This document shows positions 18,165 to 28,348 of a stretch of 64,000 nt of DNA, in pieces (position 1 is the first letter of the stretch; every line of letters begins with the position of its first letter). Made by a program: the position numbers and the translations under genes. The stretch covers positions 695,927 to 759,926 of the forward strand of contig NZ_CP047901.1 of the NCBI RefSeq assembly GCF_009936135.1, written 5' to 3'. The notes under the pieces were generated by a model. That model did no database searches and was not told the DNA's origin. It worked only from the letters and a program-made list of their open reading frames with translations. The DNA is from Candidatus Chazhemtobacterium aquaticus. Lineage in GTDB: Bacteria > Patescibacteriota > Microgenomatia > UBA1400 > Chazhemtobacteraceae.

Positions 18165-19561
18165 TCACTCTCCCCCTCACTCACCATCTTCACATCCTTC
18201 AACTCGAAGGCTACTCCCCTCTTCGTTTTCTCCGTTGGTGGCTTACCCATCCACTTGATTTCCAAGCCCCCATCAAAACCACTCTTAAATACACCCCTAA
18301 AGCCAAACGCCTTCTAGTCCTTTCTATTTTTAGCGCGTCTCTCCTCATTACCCTCTCATATATATATCTCTCTCTACCCACCACCCTGCTCATATCCTTT
18401 CTTCTTTTCTTCTTCCCCTATCCCCTTCTCTTCTTTGCTCTCTTACTCATCAAACCCTATGAGATTATTAATCTTCATCACACTATCATCAACACCAGCA
18501 AAATCCTTGCCTCTCAATCCAATCTCACCACCATCGGCATCACTGGATCCTATGGCAAAACCAGTACCAAAAACTTTCTCTATCATCTCTTAGACCATCA
18601 CCACTACTCTCTTAAAACCCCTGCTTCATACAACACCATCTTTGGTATTGCCAAAGCCATCTCTCTTGAACTAACCTCCAAAGTCGACTCCTTCATCTGT
18701 GAGTATGGCGCCTACGTCAGAGGTGAGATCAAACAACTAACCCGTATGGTTCCTCCAGACTACGCCATCCTCACCGCTATCGGACCACAACACCTTGAGC
18801 GTTTTAAATCCTTACACAACACTACCCTGGCCAAATTCGAACTCATCGACTCCGTTATTCCTCAAAACGCCCTGGTTAATCTTGACAACGAGCATATCCG
18901 CCACCATCTTGAAAAACACTCTTCATATCAAGGTCTTAACACTTACTCATTTAAGTACAAAAAGGCTACCTTTTATGTCTCTCAGTACCAACTTACCTCG
19001 ACAGGCTCCAGCTTTACCATTAAATACAAGGGGGAAAGCTATCCCTACTCCACTCATCTTTTTGGTACCAGTAATCTAGAGAACTTAGTTGCCGCCATCT
19101 CCATGTGCTTACTCCTTAAAGTCCCCCGTGCGACCATTACCAAAGCCCTTACCACCCTTAAACCCGCTCCCAATCGCCTTGAGATCAAAACCATCAACCA
19201 AGCCACCGTTATCGACAACACTTACTCCAGCAATGTAGAGGGTTTCACCAGTATTATTAATGACCTCAAACCTCTTAAAGGTAAGAAGGCCTTAATTACT
19301 CCAGGCATTGTTGAGTTAGGCCAACAAACCACACCTATCCATCACCAAGTTGGCAAGCAAGCGGCCACTGTCTTTGACACTATTATCTTAGTTGGTCAAT
19401 CCCCAAGAACATTAGCTCTAGAAAAAGCTATTAAATCCACCCACCCCTCAACCACTATTACTTACCTCACCTCGCCTTCAGATTACTGGCCCACAGTCAG
19501 AACCTTATCCCAAACCCACTCCTGGATTTTGCTTGAAAACGACTTACCAGACAACTACTAA
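18161..19561 (+). CDS. murF: Mur-ligase family protein, MurF-like, with a hydrophobic N-terminal extension of about 110 aa
   Basis: GITGSYGKTSTK P-loop of Mur ligases; convergent with ddl. Confidence 0.6.
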   Translation: MITLPLTHHLHILQLEGYSPLRFLRWWLTHPLDFQAPIKTTLKYTPKAKRLLVLSIFSASLLITLSYIYLSLPTTLLISFLLFFFPYPLLFFALLLIKPYEIINLHHTIINTSKILASQSNLTTIGITGSYGKTSTKNFLYHLLDHHHYSLKTPASYNTIFGIAKAISLELTSKVDSFICEYGAYVRGEIKQLTRMVPPDYAILTAIGPQHLERFKSLHNTTLAKFELIDSVIPQNALVNLDNEHIRHHLEKHSSYQGLNTYSFKYKKATFYVSQYQLTSTGSSFTIKYKGESYPYSTHLFGTSNLENLVAAISMCLLLKVPRATITKALTTLKPAPNRLEIKTINQATVIDNTYSSNVEGFTSIINDLKPLKGKKALITPGIVELGQQTTPIHHQVGKQAATVFDTIILVGQSPRTLALEKAIKSTHPSTTITYLTSPSDYWPTVRTLSQTHSWILLENDLPDNY

Positions 19562-20736
19562 GCCCCTCCTTTTACCCCACCCTTAGCAAATCCGCTTAAG
19601 ATATTACTCTCAAAGGTAGTCACTTTCTTTTGTTTCTTTTGCCAATCCGATACAGCTAGCTCGACCAACTCATCTACTAACTTATCAAACTTCACTCCAG
19701 TTTTTTCCCACAAGTAAAAAGCTAATGATCCTGGCATGGTGTTGATCTCATTAAAATACAATCTCTTACCGTCATACATAAAATCAACCCTAGCAATCCC
19801 CTTACCCCCAATCGCTCTAAAAAATCTTATCGCCATCTCCTCCACTGCTTTAATAATCTTTTTATCAACTCTGGCTGGCATCAATCTATCCGCAGCTGCC
19901 ATTCCCTGCGTCTTACCACTCTTCTTAGCTCCTGGCTTAATATACTTATCCTCAAATGACAGCACCTCACCGCTAGTCAATGGCTGCTCCGTAATCGAAA
20001 CTTGATATGGATCATTTCCCTTAATCGAGATGTTAACCTCAACCATATTCTTAACTGCCTTTTCCACCAAAACTCGGCTATCATACGCCAAAGCCACCTC
20101 AATCGCGTTGACCAGTTCGCTTTTACTCTTTGCTCTTGTGATTCCAATACTAGAACCCAAACTATTAGGCTTTACAAATACATCACTCCCCAGTTTGTCT
20201 ATTTCACTCAACAATCCTTTCTTATTAACACCCCACTCTTCTTCACTGACTAACACATCCTCGACTACCTCTATACCCAAATCCTTAGCAACTCTTTTAG
20301 CCAAATACTTATCCATTCCCAAAGCACTTGCCCCCACTCCACATCCCACTAAAGGCAATCCCGTCAGCTCCACCAATCCCTGCATCGTTCCATCCTCACC
20401 ATTCTTTCCATGAAATACTGGGAACACCACCCCTATCTCCTCGGCTACTCCTCCAAAACCCATCATCCCTTTTCCAAGTAGCTTTAGCTCTCTATCCGGC
20501 GGCAACACCACTCGTTTCCCGTCTTTAACCGGATTGTTTAAGTTTTGGTAGAAAGATGGCTCCAAAAATTTATCTCCTCCCATATACCATTCACCTGATT
20601 TACTAACATAAATAGGCAATACCTTATGACCCGCTCCTTTTAAGGCATGCATCACCTGCAACGCCGTCACGATCGAAACTTCATGCTCAGTACTTACACC
20701 TCCATACAATACCAAAACGTTTCTCATAAACGCCAT
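19558..20736 (-). CDS. ddl: D-alanine--D-alanine ligase
   Basis: VLVLYGGVSTEHEVS...VFPVFHGKNGEDGTMQGLLE ATP-grasp Ddl motifs. Confidence 0.85.
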   Translation of the reverse strand: MAFMRNVLVLYGGVSTEHEVSIVTALQVMHALKGAGHKVLPIYVSKSGEWYMGGDKFLEPSFYQNLNNPVKDGKRVVLPPDRELKLLGKGMMGFGGVAEEIGVVFPVFHGKNGEDGTMQGLVELTGLPLVGCGVGASALGMDKYLAKRVAKDLGIEVVEDVLVSEEEWGVNKKGLLSEIDKLGSDVFVKPNSLGSSIGITRAKSKSELVNAIEVALAYDSRVLVEKAVKNMVEVNISIKGNDPYQVSITEQPLTSGEVLSFEDKYIKPGAKKSGKTQGMAAADRLMPARVDKKIIKAVEEMAIRFFRAIGGKGIARVDFMYDGKRLYFNEINTMPGSLAFYLWEKTGVKFDKLVDELVELAVSDWQKKQKKVTTFESNILSGFAKGGVKGGA

Positions 20737-20759
20737 TATATCCTCTTTACCTCCTATCC

Positions 20760-20996
20760 TTAAACCCTTTGGGCAAACGGCAATATAGCCAACACTCTAG
20801 CTCTCTGCACTTCTCGAGTCACTCTTCGCTGGTGCTTCTGACACACACCAGTTCTCATTCTCGATACCAACCGACCCTTAGACGACAAATACTTTGACAA
20901 CACCTCAATTTCCTTATAATCAGGCTCCTTCATGTTCACACAAAAGTAACAAGGCTCCTTTGATCTTCTGATTTTCTTTTTTACTGGTGTTGCCAT
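20760..20996 (-). CDS. rpsR: 30S ribosomal protein S18
   Basis: CYFC...GRLVSRMRTGVCQKHQRRVTREVQRARVLAILPF. Confidence 0.85.
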   Translation of the reverse strand: MATPVKKKIRRSKEPCYFCVNMKEPDYKEIEVLSKYLSSKGRLVSRMRTGVCQKHQRRVTREVQRARVLAILPFAQRV

Positions 20997-21017
20997 TTTT
21001 ATTTACTACTAATTACT

Positions 21018-21554
21018 TTAAAAAGGAATATCATCGGCTACTTCCTCAGCCAAATCCTTCTCTTCTTTCTTACTCTTCTTCTCTTTCTTGTCGTCTCCAC
21101 CCTGATCATCCTGTTTCTCATCCTCAGCGGTTTCTAACTCAATTCCTTCTCCACCTTCCTCAGGCATCATCGAGCTTGTGTCTACTCCACCGCCAAACTC
21201 TTCTTCCTGCCCTTGTTTACCTTGACCAAAGGCAATCATCTCCTCGATCACTATCTCAGTGGTTTTTCTCTCAGCTCCATCCTGACCCGCCCAAGTTCGG
21301 GTAGATAGTCTTCCCTCAACATATACTTTTCTACCCTTAAAGAGTAAATTGGCACAAATCTCAGCCAACTTGTTCCACGCCACCACATTATGAAACTCAA
21401 CATCTTCCTGCTTTTGACCGCTGTTATCAACCCACTCACGATTAGTCGCAATTCCAAATGAACAAACTGGAGTTCCCTGAGGTGTATATCTAAGTTCAGG
21501 ATCTCTGGTTAGGTTTCCAATTATAATAACTTTGTTTAAGCTTCTAGCTGCCAT
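21018..21554 (-). CDS. ssb: single-stranded DNA-binding protein
   Basis: OB-fold SSB N-terminus and acidic tail ending DDIPF. Confidence 0.85.
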   Translation of the reverse strand: MAARSLNKVIIIGNLTRDPELRYTPQGTPVCSFGIATNREWVDNSGQKQEDVEFHNVVAWNKLAEICANLLFKGRKVYVEGRLSTRTWAGQDGAERKTTEIVIEEMIAFGQGKQGQEEEFGGGVDTSSMMPEEGGEGIELETAEDEKQDDQGGDDKKEKKSKKEEKDLAEEVADDIPF

Positions 21555-21582
21555 ATTCTTTTATTACCGAAAAACTAAAAAG

Positions 21583-21924
21583 TTACTCCTTCTTACTTTT
21601 AAGCTTTGCCGGCTTATTATCCTTAATAATCCGCTGATTTTTAACTACCAATAAATGTCGTAGTAATCCTTCCTCTAGTTTAATCCGCTTCTGCAACTCA
21701 GTCACCTCATCAGCCGCCAACTCCAACTCAAACAAAACATACACACCCTTCATTTGTTTTTTAATTGGATATACCAAATCTTTCTTGCCCCAAAAATCAA
21801 CACTTACCACTTTACCACCACTTTTACCCAACCACTCTTTAACCAAAGCCTCAGCCTCTTTCTGTTGCTTACCATCAGGCAATACCAACATTAACTCGTA
21901 ATTCTTTTTTGTCATCTTGTTCAA
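21583..21924 (-). CDS. rpsF: 30S ribosomal protein S6
   Basis: YELMLVL...GVYVLFELE pattern; rpsF-ssb-rpsR gene order. Confidence 0.8.
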   Translation of the reverse strand: MNKMTKKNYELMLVLPDGKQQKEAEALVKEWLGKSGGKVVSVDFWGKKDLVYPIKKQMKGVYVLFELELAADEVTELQKRIKLEEGLLRHLLVVKNQRIIKDNKPAKLKSKKE

Positions 21925-22058
21925 AATAAATATATCACACTAATTTTACTTTTAGACTCATGCTTGATCAAAAAGCCAAGTCTAAAACCGATCCATTTAT
22001 CAGTTACATCGGCCTGGAAATTTTACCTCAATATAGCTTCAAAAGCAATTATATATCC

Positions 22059-23123
22059 TTACTGACCAATCATAAACTCCACTACATCCCCCTCCTTCAT
22101 CTCATACTCTCTTCCCTCCATTCTCATTTTTCCTTCCTCAGCCACACCTTTCCAACCCTGATACTCGATAAAATCGTCATAACTACACACCTTTGCCTTA
22201 ATAAACTTCTTTTCAAAATCACTGTGAATCACCCCTGCAGCCTCAGGGGCCTTACTCCCCCTCTCTATAGTCCAGGCCCTCACTTCCTTTTCTCCAGCCG
22301 TCAGGAAACTAATCAAGTTTAGTTTTCCATAAGCCAAACTCACCAACCGATCTAGACCCGACTGGCTTACTCCCAACTCAGCCAAATAAAGTCTTGCCTC
22401 TTCCCTACCTAACTCAGCCACCTCAGCCTCTACTCGAGCCGACAGCGCCACGACTGGTATCTTTAACTTTGCCTCCACCTCAACCTCAACCTCTGTCACT
22501 TTATCCATCTGATTCTCACCAATATTCACTACCGCCACCTCATCCTTCATGGTTAACAAAAACATCTCCCCCACCCACTCCCTCTGTTTATCACTCATCT
22601 TAAGCAATCTAGCTGGTTTACCCTCATTTAGATGGTTAAATAACACCTCAGCCCACTCCCTTATCTCCGCTGTCTGTTTTCTGGCTACACTAAGCTGTCT
22701 CTCTACCGTCTCTAGATCCTTCATGATCAACTCAGCCTCAACTACTGCATAATCATCCTCAGGACTAACAGCCCCAGCTCTAACCACATCGTCATCCTCA
22801 AAAGCCCGCAACACATGACAAACCAAATCGACCTCGCGAATATTAGCCAAAAACTTATTTCCCAACCCCTCACCCTTGGCCGCCCCCTTAACCAAACCGG
22901 CAATATCATTAAATGTCACTGTCGCTGGTACTATTCGCTCAGTCCCCACTACCTTAGCAAGTTTCTCCAATCTCTCATCCGGCACCGGCACTACTCCCAC
23001 ATTAGGCTCAACTGTGGCAAATGGGTAATTAGCTGCCAACGCCTGTTGCTTACCCAACAATGCATTAAATAAAGTACTCTTCCCCACATTTGGTAACCCG
23101 ACTATGCCGACTGATAAACTCAT
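22059..23123 (-). CDS. ychF: ribosome-binding ATPase YchF
   Basis: GIVGLPNVGKSTLFNALL and FATVEPNVGVV; the ORF extends 7 codons upstream to 23144. Confidence 0.85.
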   Translation of the reverse strand: MSLSVGIVGLPNVGKSTLFNALLGKQQALAANYPFATVEPNVGVVPVPDERLEKLAKVVGTERIVPATVTFNDIAGLVKGAAKGEGLGNKFLANIREVDLVCHVLRAFEDDDVVRAGAVSPEDDYAVVEAELIMKDLETVERQLSVARKQTAEIREWAEVLFNHLNEGKPARLLKMSDKQREWVGEMFLLTMKDEVAVVNIGENQMDKVTEVEVEVEAKLKIPVVALSARVEAEVAELGREEARLYLAELGVSQSGLDRLVSLAYGKLNLISFLTAGEKEVRAWTIERGSKAPEAAGVIHSDFEKKFIKAKVCSYDDFIEYQGWKGVAEEGKMRMEGREYEMKEGDVVEFMIGQ

Positions 23124-23187
23124 GTCAGCATTATACCGCCACACCCCTCTCCTTATTCTCCTGCCAATTTGCTACCATTAACTAGAC

Positions 23188-24126
23188 ATGCTTGCCCACC
23201 TGATTATCTATTTTCTATCATTTGTCGGTGTCTGGGTCGGATCAGGCCTAGCCATTAAATCAGTCGAACGGCTTTCCCGTACTCTTAAAGTCTCCTCCTT
23301 TGCCATCTCCTTTATCACCCTAGGCTTCTTCACCTCCATTGGCGAGCTCTCTGTTGGTCTAAACTCCATCATCAAGAATGATCCAGAAATCTATGTTGGC
23401 AACCTTATCGGTGCCACCATCGTCATCTTCATGCTCATCATTCCGCTCCTGGCAATTCTTGGCAACTCCATTCGTATTACTCCTGAGTTTAAAGGCTTTA
23501 ACCTAGCTGCTTCCCTTGTCGTTATCTCTCTCCCTGTCATCTTAGCCATGGATGGCCGTGTTGGTCACACCGACAGCTACAGTGTTCTCATTCTCTTTAC
23601 TCTTCTTTTAATCAGCGTTCAAAGTCGTCGTGGTTTAATCGAAAAGCTAAAAAGCATAACTCCCAAGCCAAATATCAAGTTAGGTAAAGAACTGGTCAAG
23701 ATTGTTTTTGGTCTTGCCACCATCTTCATCTCCAGTCGTTTCATCGTTGAACAAACTCTCTACTTTTCCAATTTTTTTCACATCTCTCCCTTCCTCATCA
23801 GCCTTATGGTCATCTCGTTAGGTACTAATATTCCAGAGCTTTCACTCGTGCTTCGCTCAGCCTTCATCCGTAACCACCAGATTGCCTTTGGCAACTATGT
23901 TGGCTCAGCCGCTTTTAATACCTTTTTACTAGGCCTGCTTACCCTTATATACGGCGACACTGTTTACCTCACCAATAGCTATCTAGTAAGCCTACTCTTC
24001 CTCATCTTTGGACTGATTGCCTTCTACTACTTCGCCCGCACCAAAAACACCATCTCTCGTCTTGAAGGAGTGTTTCTCCTTTTCATCTATCTTGCTTTTA
24101 TCTCCACTGAAATAATCCTCCACTAA
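23188..24126 (+). CDS. Ca2+/cation antiporter (CaCA/YrbG-like) membrane protein
   Basis: Two GTS/GTNIPEL-type alpha-repeat motifs; multi-TM. Confidence 0.55.
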   Translation: MLAHLIIYFLSFVGVWVGSGLAIKSVERLSRTLKVSSFAISFITLGFFTSIGELSVGLNSIIKNDPEIYVGNLIGATIVIFMLIIPLLAILGNSIRITPEFKGFNLAASLVVISLPVILAMDGRVGHTDSYSVLILFTLLLISVQSRRGLIEKLKSITPKPNIKLGKELVKIVFGLATIFISSRFIVEQTLYFSNFFHISPFLISLMVISLGTNIPELSLVLRSAFIRNHQIAFGNYVGSAAFNTFLLGLLTLIYGDTVYLTNSYLVSLLFLIFGLIAFYYFARTKNTISRLEGVFLLFIYLAFISTEIILH

Positions 24127-24148
24127 TCAAGCTAAGTGATTCCATTTT

Positions 24149-24502
24149 TTGTTGATGCGCTACAATTCTAGTATGAAATTTTTGCCCAAACTTCTTCTCA
24201 TTATCTCAGTTGTTTCTGTCCTCCTAGTATCTACTCTCCTCTACTTGTATCTCAAAAACCAAACACCACTCGTCAACTCTTTTGATGATTGTGCCAAATA
24301 CTATCCCGTTATGGAAAGCTATCCCCGCCGCTGCAACACCCCCGATGGCCGCAGTTTCACCGAAACCCTCTCCCCCACTCCCACCCCCACACCAACTCCA
24401 GTCGATGACACCATCGCCTGCACCATGGAAGCCCTACTTTGTCCTGATGGTTCCTACGTTGGTCGAGTCCCTCCCAGTTGCGAGTTCGCCCTCTGTCCCT
24501 AA
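24149..24502 (+). CDS. membrane-anchored Cys-containing hypothetical protein
   Basis: N-terminal TM; TPTPTPTP linker. Confidence 0.4.
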   Translation: MLMRYNSSMKFLPKLLLIISVVSVLLVSTLLYLYLKNQTPLVNSFDDCAKYYPVMESYPRRCNTPDGRSFTETLSPTPTPTPTPVDDTIACTMEALLCPDGSYVGRVPPSCEFALCP

Positions 24503-24577
24503 AAACCGCTTTTTCCACCGCAAGTCCTATAAAATGATAAAATATACTTCTCGTACCTAATATTGTGGAGATTAATC

Positions 24578-24697
24578 ATGGTTGAAGTACTTGTGATCAT
24601 TGCTCTCTTGATCTCAGTAGGATCAGGAGTTCTCTATCTGATCAGCCGCATGCCACTTACTGAGGAAGACTTCGACGAATTCGACCTCTACCACTAA
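24578..24697 (+). CDS. 39-aa single-TM peptide
   Basis: GGAG SD; MVEVLVIIALLISVGSGVLYLISRMPLTEEDFDEFDLYH. Confidence 0.4.
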   Translation: MVEVLVIIALLISVGSGVLYLISRMPLTEEDFDEFDLYH

Positions 24698-24707
24698 GGA
24701 GATTGTC

Positions 24708-24821
24708 ATGTCGCCAGGAGCACTGTTTGTTATAGCCTTGGCTATTGTTCTAGGCTTCAACCTGTATCTGGCCTCGAAGCCAAAAAACAAACCCCCCGAC
24801 GACCGGGAGTTCTACAAGTAG
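24708..24821 (+). CDS. 37-aa single-TM peptide
   Basis: AAGGAG SD 6 nt upstream; MSPGALFVIALAIVLGFNLYLASKPKNKPPDDREFYK. Confidence 0.45.
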   Translation: MSPGALFVIALAIVLGFNLYLASKPKNKPPDDREFYK

Positions 24822-24880
24822 ACTTCCACCCACTGGCTGGTGCCATCTTCACCTTGGCACCAGCCTTCTTTCGTTAACGA

Positions 24881-26464
24881 CTATTCCTTCCCAACTAACC
24901 ACACCCCTGAATATGCCGGCAAAACAATCTTGTCTTCTTTCCTTTCTGCTCTGTTAATAGAGAGAGCTAGCTTCTTATTTTCATCCAAACTTACTACCCG
25001 TTTTTTTCTACTTAAATTAACAAACACCTCAATCTTTCTCCCTTCTCCTCCATACCGCAAGCTCAACCAGTTTCTTTTTCCTCGATTACTTCTTATAGGT
25101 TTCACCACCGCCAACTCTGGATACTTCAACCTTGTTCTAAAAATCTTACTCAACTCATCTCGAACCAACTTAGCTTTTTTGCTTCCCAACTCAGTCTCGG
25201 TCAACCATCCCCTATTTCCATCACGGGCATCGATCCTGATATATCGCCTGTTTGTCACTTTTCCTACTTCATCACCATAGACCACCGCACAAGCCCCATT
25301 CACCGAGGCTAACAAAAAATGTGCTAAGACAATCTTGCGCGGATCTTTTTTCAAGAAAGAGGCTGTTCTTCCAGCCAACCCATACTCCCCCCTAAACTCA
25401 ACTCCATTTTTAACCAAAGAATCATAAACCAATCTCCTCACTTTAGGCTGCGCATACTCCAAACTCAGCTCATCATGATTCCTCAAAAAACTCACCCACC
25501 CAGCATGACTAGGAATATCTCTCGTTCTCCTTAAGGCCTTCCAGATATAGCTACCCTTTCTTGACACTATCGTTGCCCACAACCCTCGCATTAACTCAAA
25601 GTTATATGCCATCTCTGCCTCAGGCTGTTCATCGCTACCAAAATACTTTTTCATCTTATACATCGGCTGACACGCCTCAATCAACAACACTCCATCCTTA
25701 TTTACCTCCTTAACCATTCGGCGCAACTCTCTTACTACCTTATGACTACCCATCTGACCTTCTCTAATATTACTTAAATTCTTTCCCGCAAACGGTGCCG
25801 CATCAATCCGAAAGCTTAAACCCTTACCTCCCCAGAAACTTATTACCTCCCCAAATGCCTTTACTACTTCAGGATTAGTCCAGTTCAAATCTATCTGGTG
25901 TTTATAGAATGTGTGGTAATACCAAAAACCATCCTCACCCCTAAACCAGTGAGGCAACTCTCCATTTTGATTTAAGAATATGATTCGCGATCTTAACTCC
26001 CTCCTATTCAACCTGTACCTCGCCCACTTACCCCACCGATCATCCTCAACCTCAATCAGTTTAGGTTGCACTGGGGTATGTATAAAAAAGTTGCGGTAGT
26101 ACTCATCTCCTGATACCGCCTTTTTGAACCACTCATGCTCCACTGACACATGGTTTACCACCAAGTCCATAAACACCTTCATCTTTAGTCTCCCAACCTC
26201 TCTTAAAAACACCTCAAAACCTTCATTGCCACCCAACCTCTTTCTTACTTTAAAAAAATCACTTACATCAAATCCGGCATCCTGCATTGGTGACTCCAAA
26301 AACGGTAACACATGAATTACATCAAACCCTGTCTCTTTTATATACTCCAAGTTTTTAGCCAGACTAAAAAAATCTCCTCTCTTACCATTACGAAACGCGT
26401 CAGCGTAAACCACATACAAATTCATTCTCTTGTACCACTCCACCTGCTTTCCAATATCCACCAT
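24881..26464 (-). CDS. GH13 alpha-amylase-family enzyme (trehalose synthase/amylosucrase-like)
   Basis: DLVVNH (region I), GLSFRIDAAPF (region II), N-terminal EWYK..GDFFSL..FDVSDFFKV. Confidence 0.7.
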   Translation of the reverse strand: MVDIGKQVEWYKRMNLYVVYADAFRNGKRGDFFSLAKNLEYIKETGFDVIHVLPFLESPMQDAGFDVSDFFKVRKRLGGNEGFEVFLREVGRLKMKVFMDLVVNHVSVEHEWFKKAVSGDEYYRNFFIHTPVQPKLIEVEDDRWGKWARYRLNRRELRSRIIFLNQNGELPHWFRGEDGFWYYHTFYKHQIDLNWTNPEVVKAFGEVISFWGGKGLSFRIDAAPFAGKNLSNIREGQMGSHKVVRELRRMVKEVNKDGVLLIEACQPMYKMKKYFGSDEQPEAEMAYNFELMRGLWATIVSRKGSYIWKALRRTRDIPSHAGWVSFLRNHDELSLEYAQPKVRRLVYDSLVKNGVEFRGEYGLAGRTASFLKKDPRKIVLAHFLLASVNGACAVVYGDEVGKVTNRRYIRIDARDGNRGWLTETELGSKKAKLVRDELSKIFRTRLKYPELAVVKPIRSNRGKRNWLSLRYGGEGRKIEVFVNLSRKKRVVSLDENKKLALSINRAERKEDKIVLPAYSGVWLVGKE

Positions 26465-27894
26465 TACCTTCTCCTTACCAGCCTACTTTCCTCACCATCA
26501 TCCTCTACTTTCCAACCTTGTTTCTCAATTTTCTCTCTCACCGCATCTGCCTCCTCCCACTTTTTCTCCTCTCTTAATCTGTTTCGTTTCTCAAGCATTT
26601 TAGTTAACTCCTCAGGGGCTTGCTCCTCACTCAACCCTTCTACTGATTTTCGCAAATCAAGGCCCAATACCTCATCAAACTCTAAAATCAGATCATATTT
26701 ATCATAATCAGCCACATTACTCTTAACTACCTCCCAAACTACTGCCAATGCCTCTGGCATATTAAGATCATCTCCAATTGCGTGTAAAAACTTCTCTCGA
26801 TAGTCGTTAATCTTTTTAAGCTTATCCTCTCGCAAATTAGTTCTCTCGCTTCCCTTCTTGTATCCTGACAGCATTCTCACCAACCTATCTCTTGCTTCAC
26901 TGGCTGCTTTCAACGCCTCCCAGGTGAAGTTGAGTTGTTTGCGATAATGACCACTCAAGTAAAAATACTTTAAGTCCATTGCTCCAAAATCTTTTCCTCT
27001 TAAGTCATTAAGACCATACGCGTTACCCAAACTCTTACCCATTCTTCCCCCATCAACTAAAAGAAAGGCACCGTGTACCCAGTACTTAACAAAAGGTCCC
27101 TTACCTGTTGACGCCTCGCTCTGAGCTATCTCATTAGGGTGATGTGTCGACCGCAAGTCCTCCCCCCCTACATGGATATCAAATTGTTCACCCAAATACT
27201 TCATCCCCATAGCAGAACACTCAATATGCCATCCAGGAAACCCTACCCCCCAAGGACTCTCCCACTCCATATCTCTTTTCTCATTCTTAGGTGAAAACTT
27301 CCACAAAGCAAAGTCTCGCTTATCTCTCTTCTCAGGATTAACCTCCACTCTCGCTCCCTCCTTAATCTCAGTTAAATTGGACAACTCCCCATACTTACTC
27401 CCCGCCGCCTCAAACGCCTTAACATCAAAATACACACCATCGCTTATACGATAAGCAAATCCTTTTTCCTCAATTCTTTTAATCAACTCAATCTGTTCCC
27501 TAATATGATCAGTCGCCTTACAAAACACCATCGGCTTGCTTAAGTTAAGCTCAGCAAAACCCTCCAAAAACTCATCTGTGTATGCCTGAGCAACCTGCCA
27601 AGCTGTTTTTCGCTCTCTCTTAGCCGCCTTTTCCAGTCTATCCTCACCCGTATCAGCATCTCCCAGGTTATCTCCAGTCAAATGCCCCACATCTGTAATG
27701 TTCATTACATACGAAACCTCAAGACCTAAGTACTGCAAAGCTCTAACCAACCAATCAGCTAGTACATATGTTCGCCAGTTCCCAATTGTTACTGTAGAGT
27801 AAACCGTCGGTCCACAAGTATACATACCCACCTGACCTTCCTTGATAGGAACAATCTCTTCAATCTGTCTACTCAACGAGTTATATATCTTCAT
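26464..27894 (-). CDS. cysS: cysteinyl-tRNA synthetase
   Basis: CGPTVYS...HIGN-type region and RMGKSLGN (KMSKS) motif. Confidence 0.85.
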   Translation of the reverse strand: MKIYNSLSRQIEEIVPIKEGQVGMYTCGPTVYSTVTIGNWRTYVLADWLVRALQYLGLEVSYVMNITDVGHLTGDNLGDADTGEDRLEKAAKRERKTAWQVAQAYTDEFLEGFAELNLSKPMVFCKATDHIREQIELIKRIEEKGFAYRISDGVYFDVKAFEAAGSKYGELSNLTEIKEGARVEVNPEKRDKRDFALWKFSPKNEKRDMEWESPWGVGFPGWHIECSAMGMKYLGEQFDIHVGGEDLRSTHHPNEIAQSEASTGKGPFVKYWVHGAFLLVDGGRMGKSLGNAYGLNDLRGKDFGAMDLKYFYLSGHYRKQLNFTWEALKAASEARDRLVRMLSGYKKGSERTNLREDKLKKINDYREKFLHAIGDDLNMPEALAVVWEVVKSNVADYDKYDLILEFDEVLGLDLRKSVEGLSEEQAPEELTKMLEKRNRLREEKKWEEADAVREKIEKQGWKVEDDGEESRLVRRR

Positions 27895-27915
27895 ACTTCT
27901 TTAAGTATATCAACC

Positions 27916-28341
27916 CTACCCCACCTGCTTCACCACCTCACCCGTTCCCCCACCTCTCTTCGCTTTAAGCAACAAATCACGCAATCTCTTTTTTCGACTA
28001 CTTTCCTGCTGGTCACTTACGGCCTCCTCTCTCGCCTCTCGCTGAATCGCTTCCTCTCTAACCCTCTCCTTATTCCTAACTACTGCCGCCAGCTCCTGAC
28101 GCAGCTGTTCTATCCTAGCTCTAGCCTGCCTCTCCTTCATCATTCGCCTTTCTGCCTCCTCATGATTCACAGACTGTGACTGGCCACCACTATCAACATT
28201 TTCTTTCAACTCACCACCGCCTGTAACCACCTCACCAGCCATTTTCTTACCAGCATCAACCAAACCCTCAACCACATCACTCGAAGCCGCTTTTCCTGCA
28301 TCTGCCAATCCTTGTTGTAACTGTTTTCCTAGTGTAGCCAT
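27916..28341 (-). CDS. hypothetical coiled-coil protein
   Basis: ORF only; charged and coiled-coil-like. Confidence 0.35.
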   Translation of the reverse strand: MATLGKQLQQGLADAGKAASSDVVEGLVDAGKKMAGEVVTGGGELKENVDSGGQSQSVNHEEAERRMMKERQARARIEQLRQELAAVVRNKERVREEAIQREAREEAVSDQQESSRKKRLRDLLLKAKRGGGTGEVVKQVG

Positions 28342-28348
28342 ACTCCTA

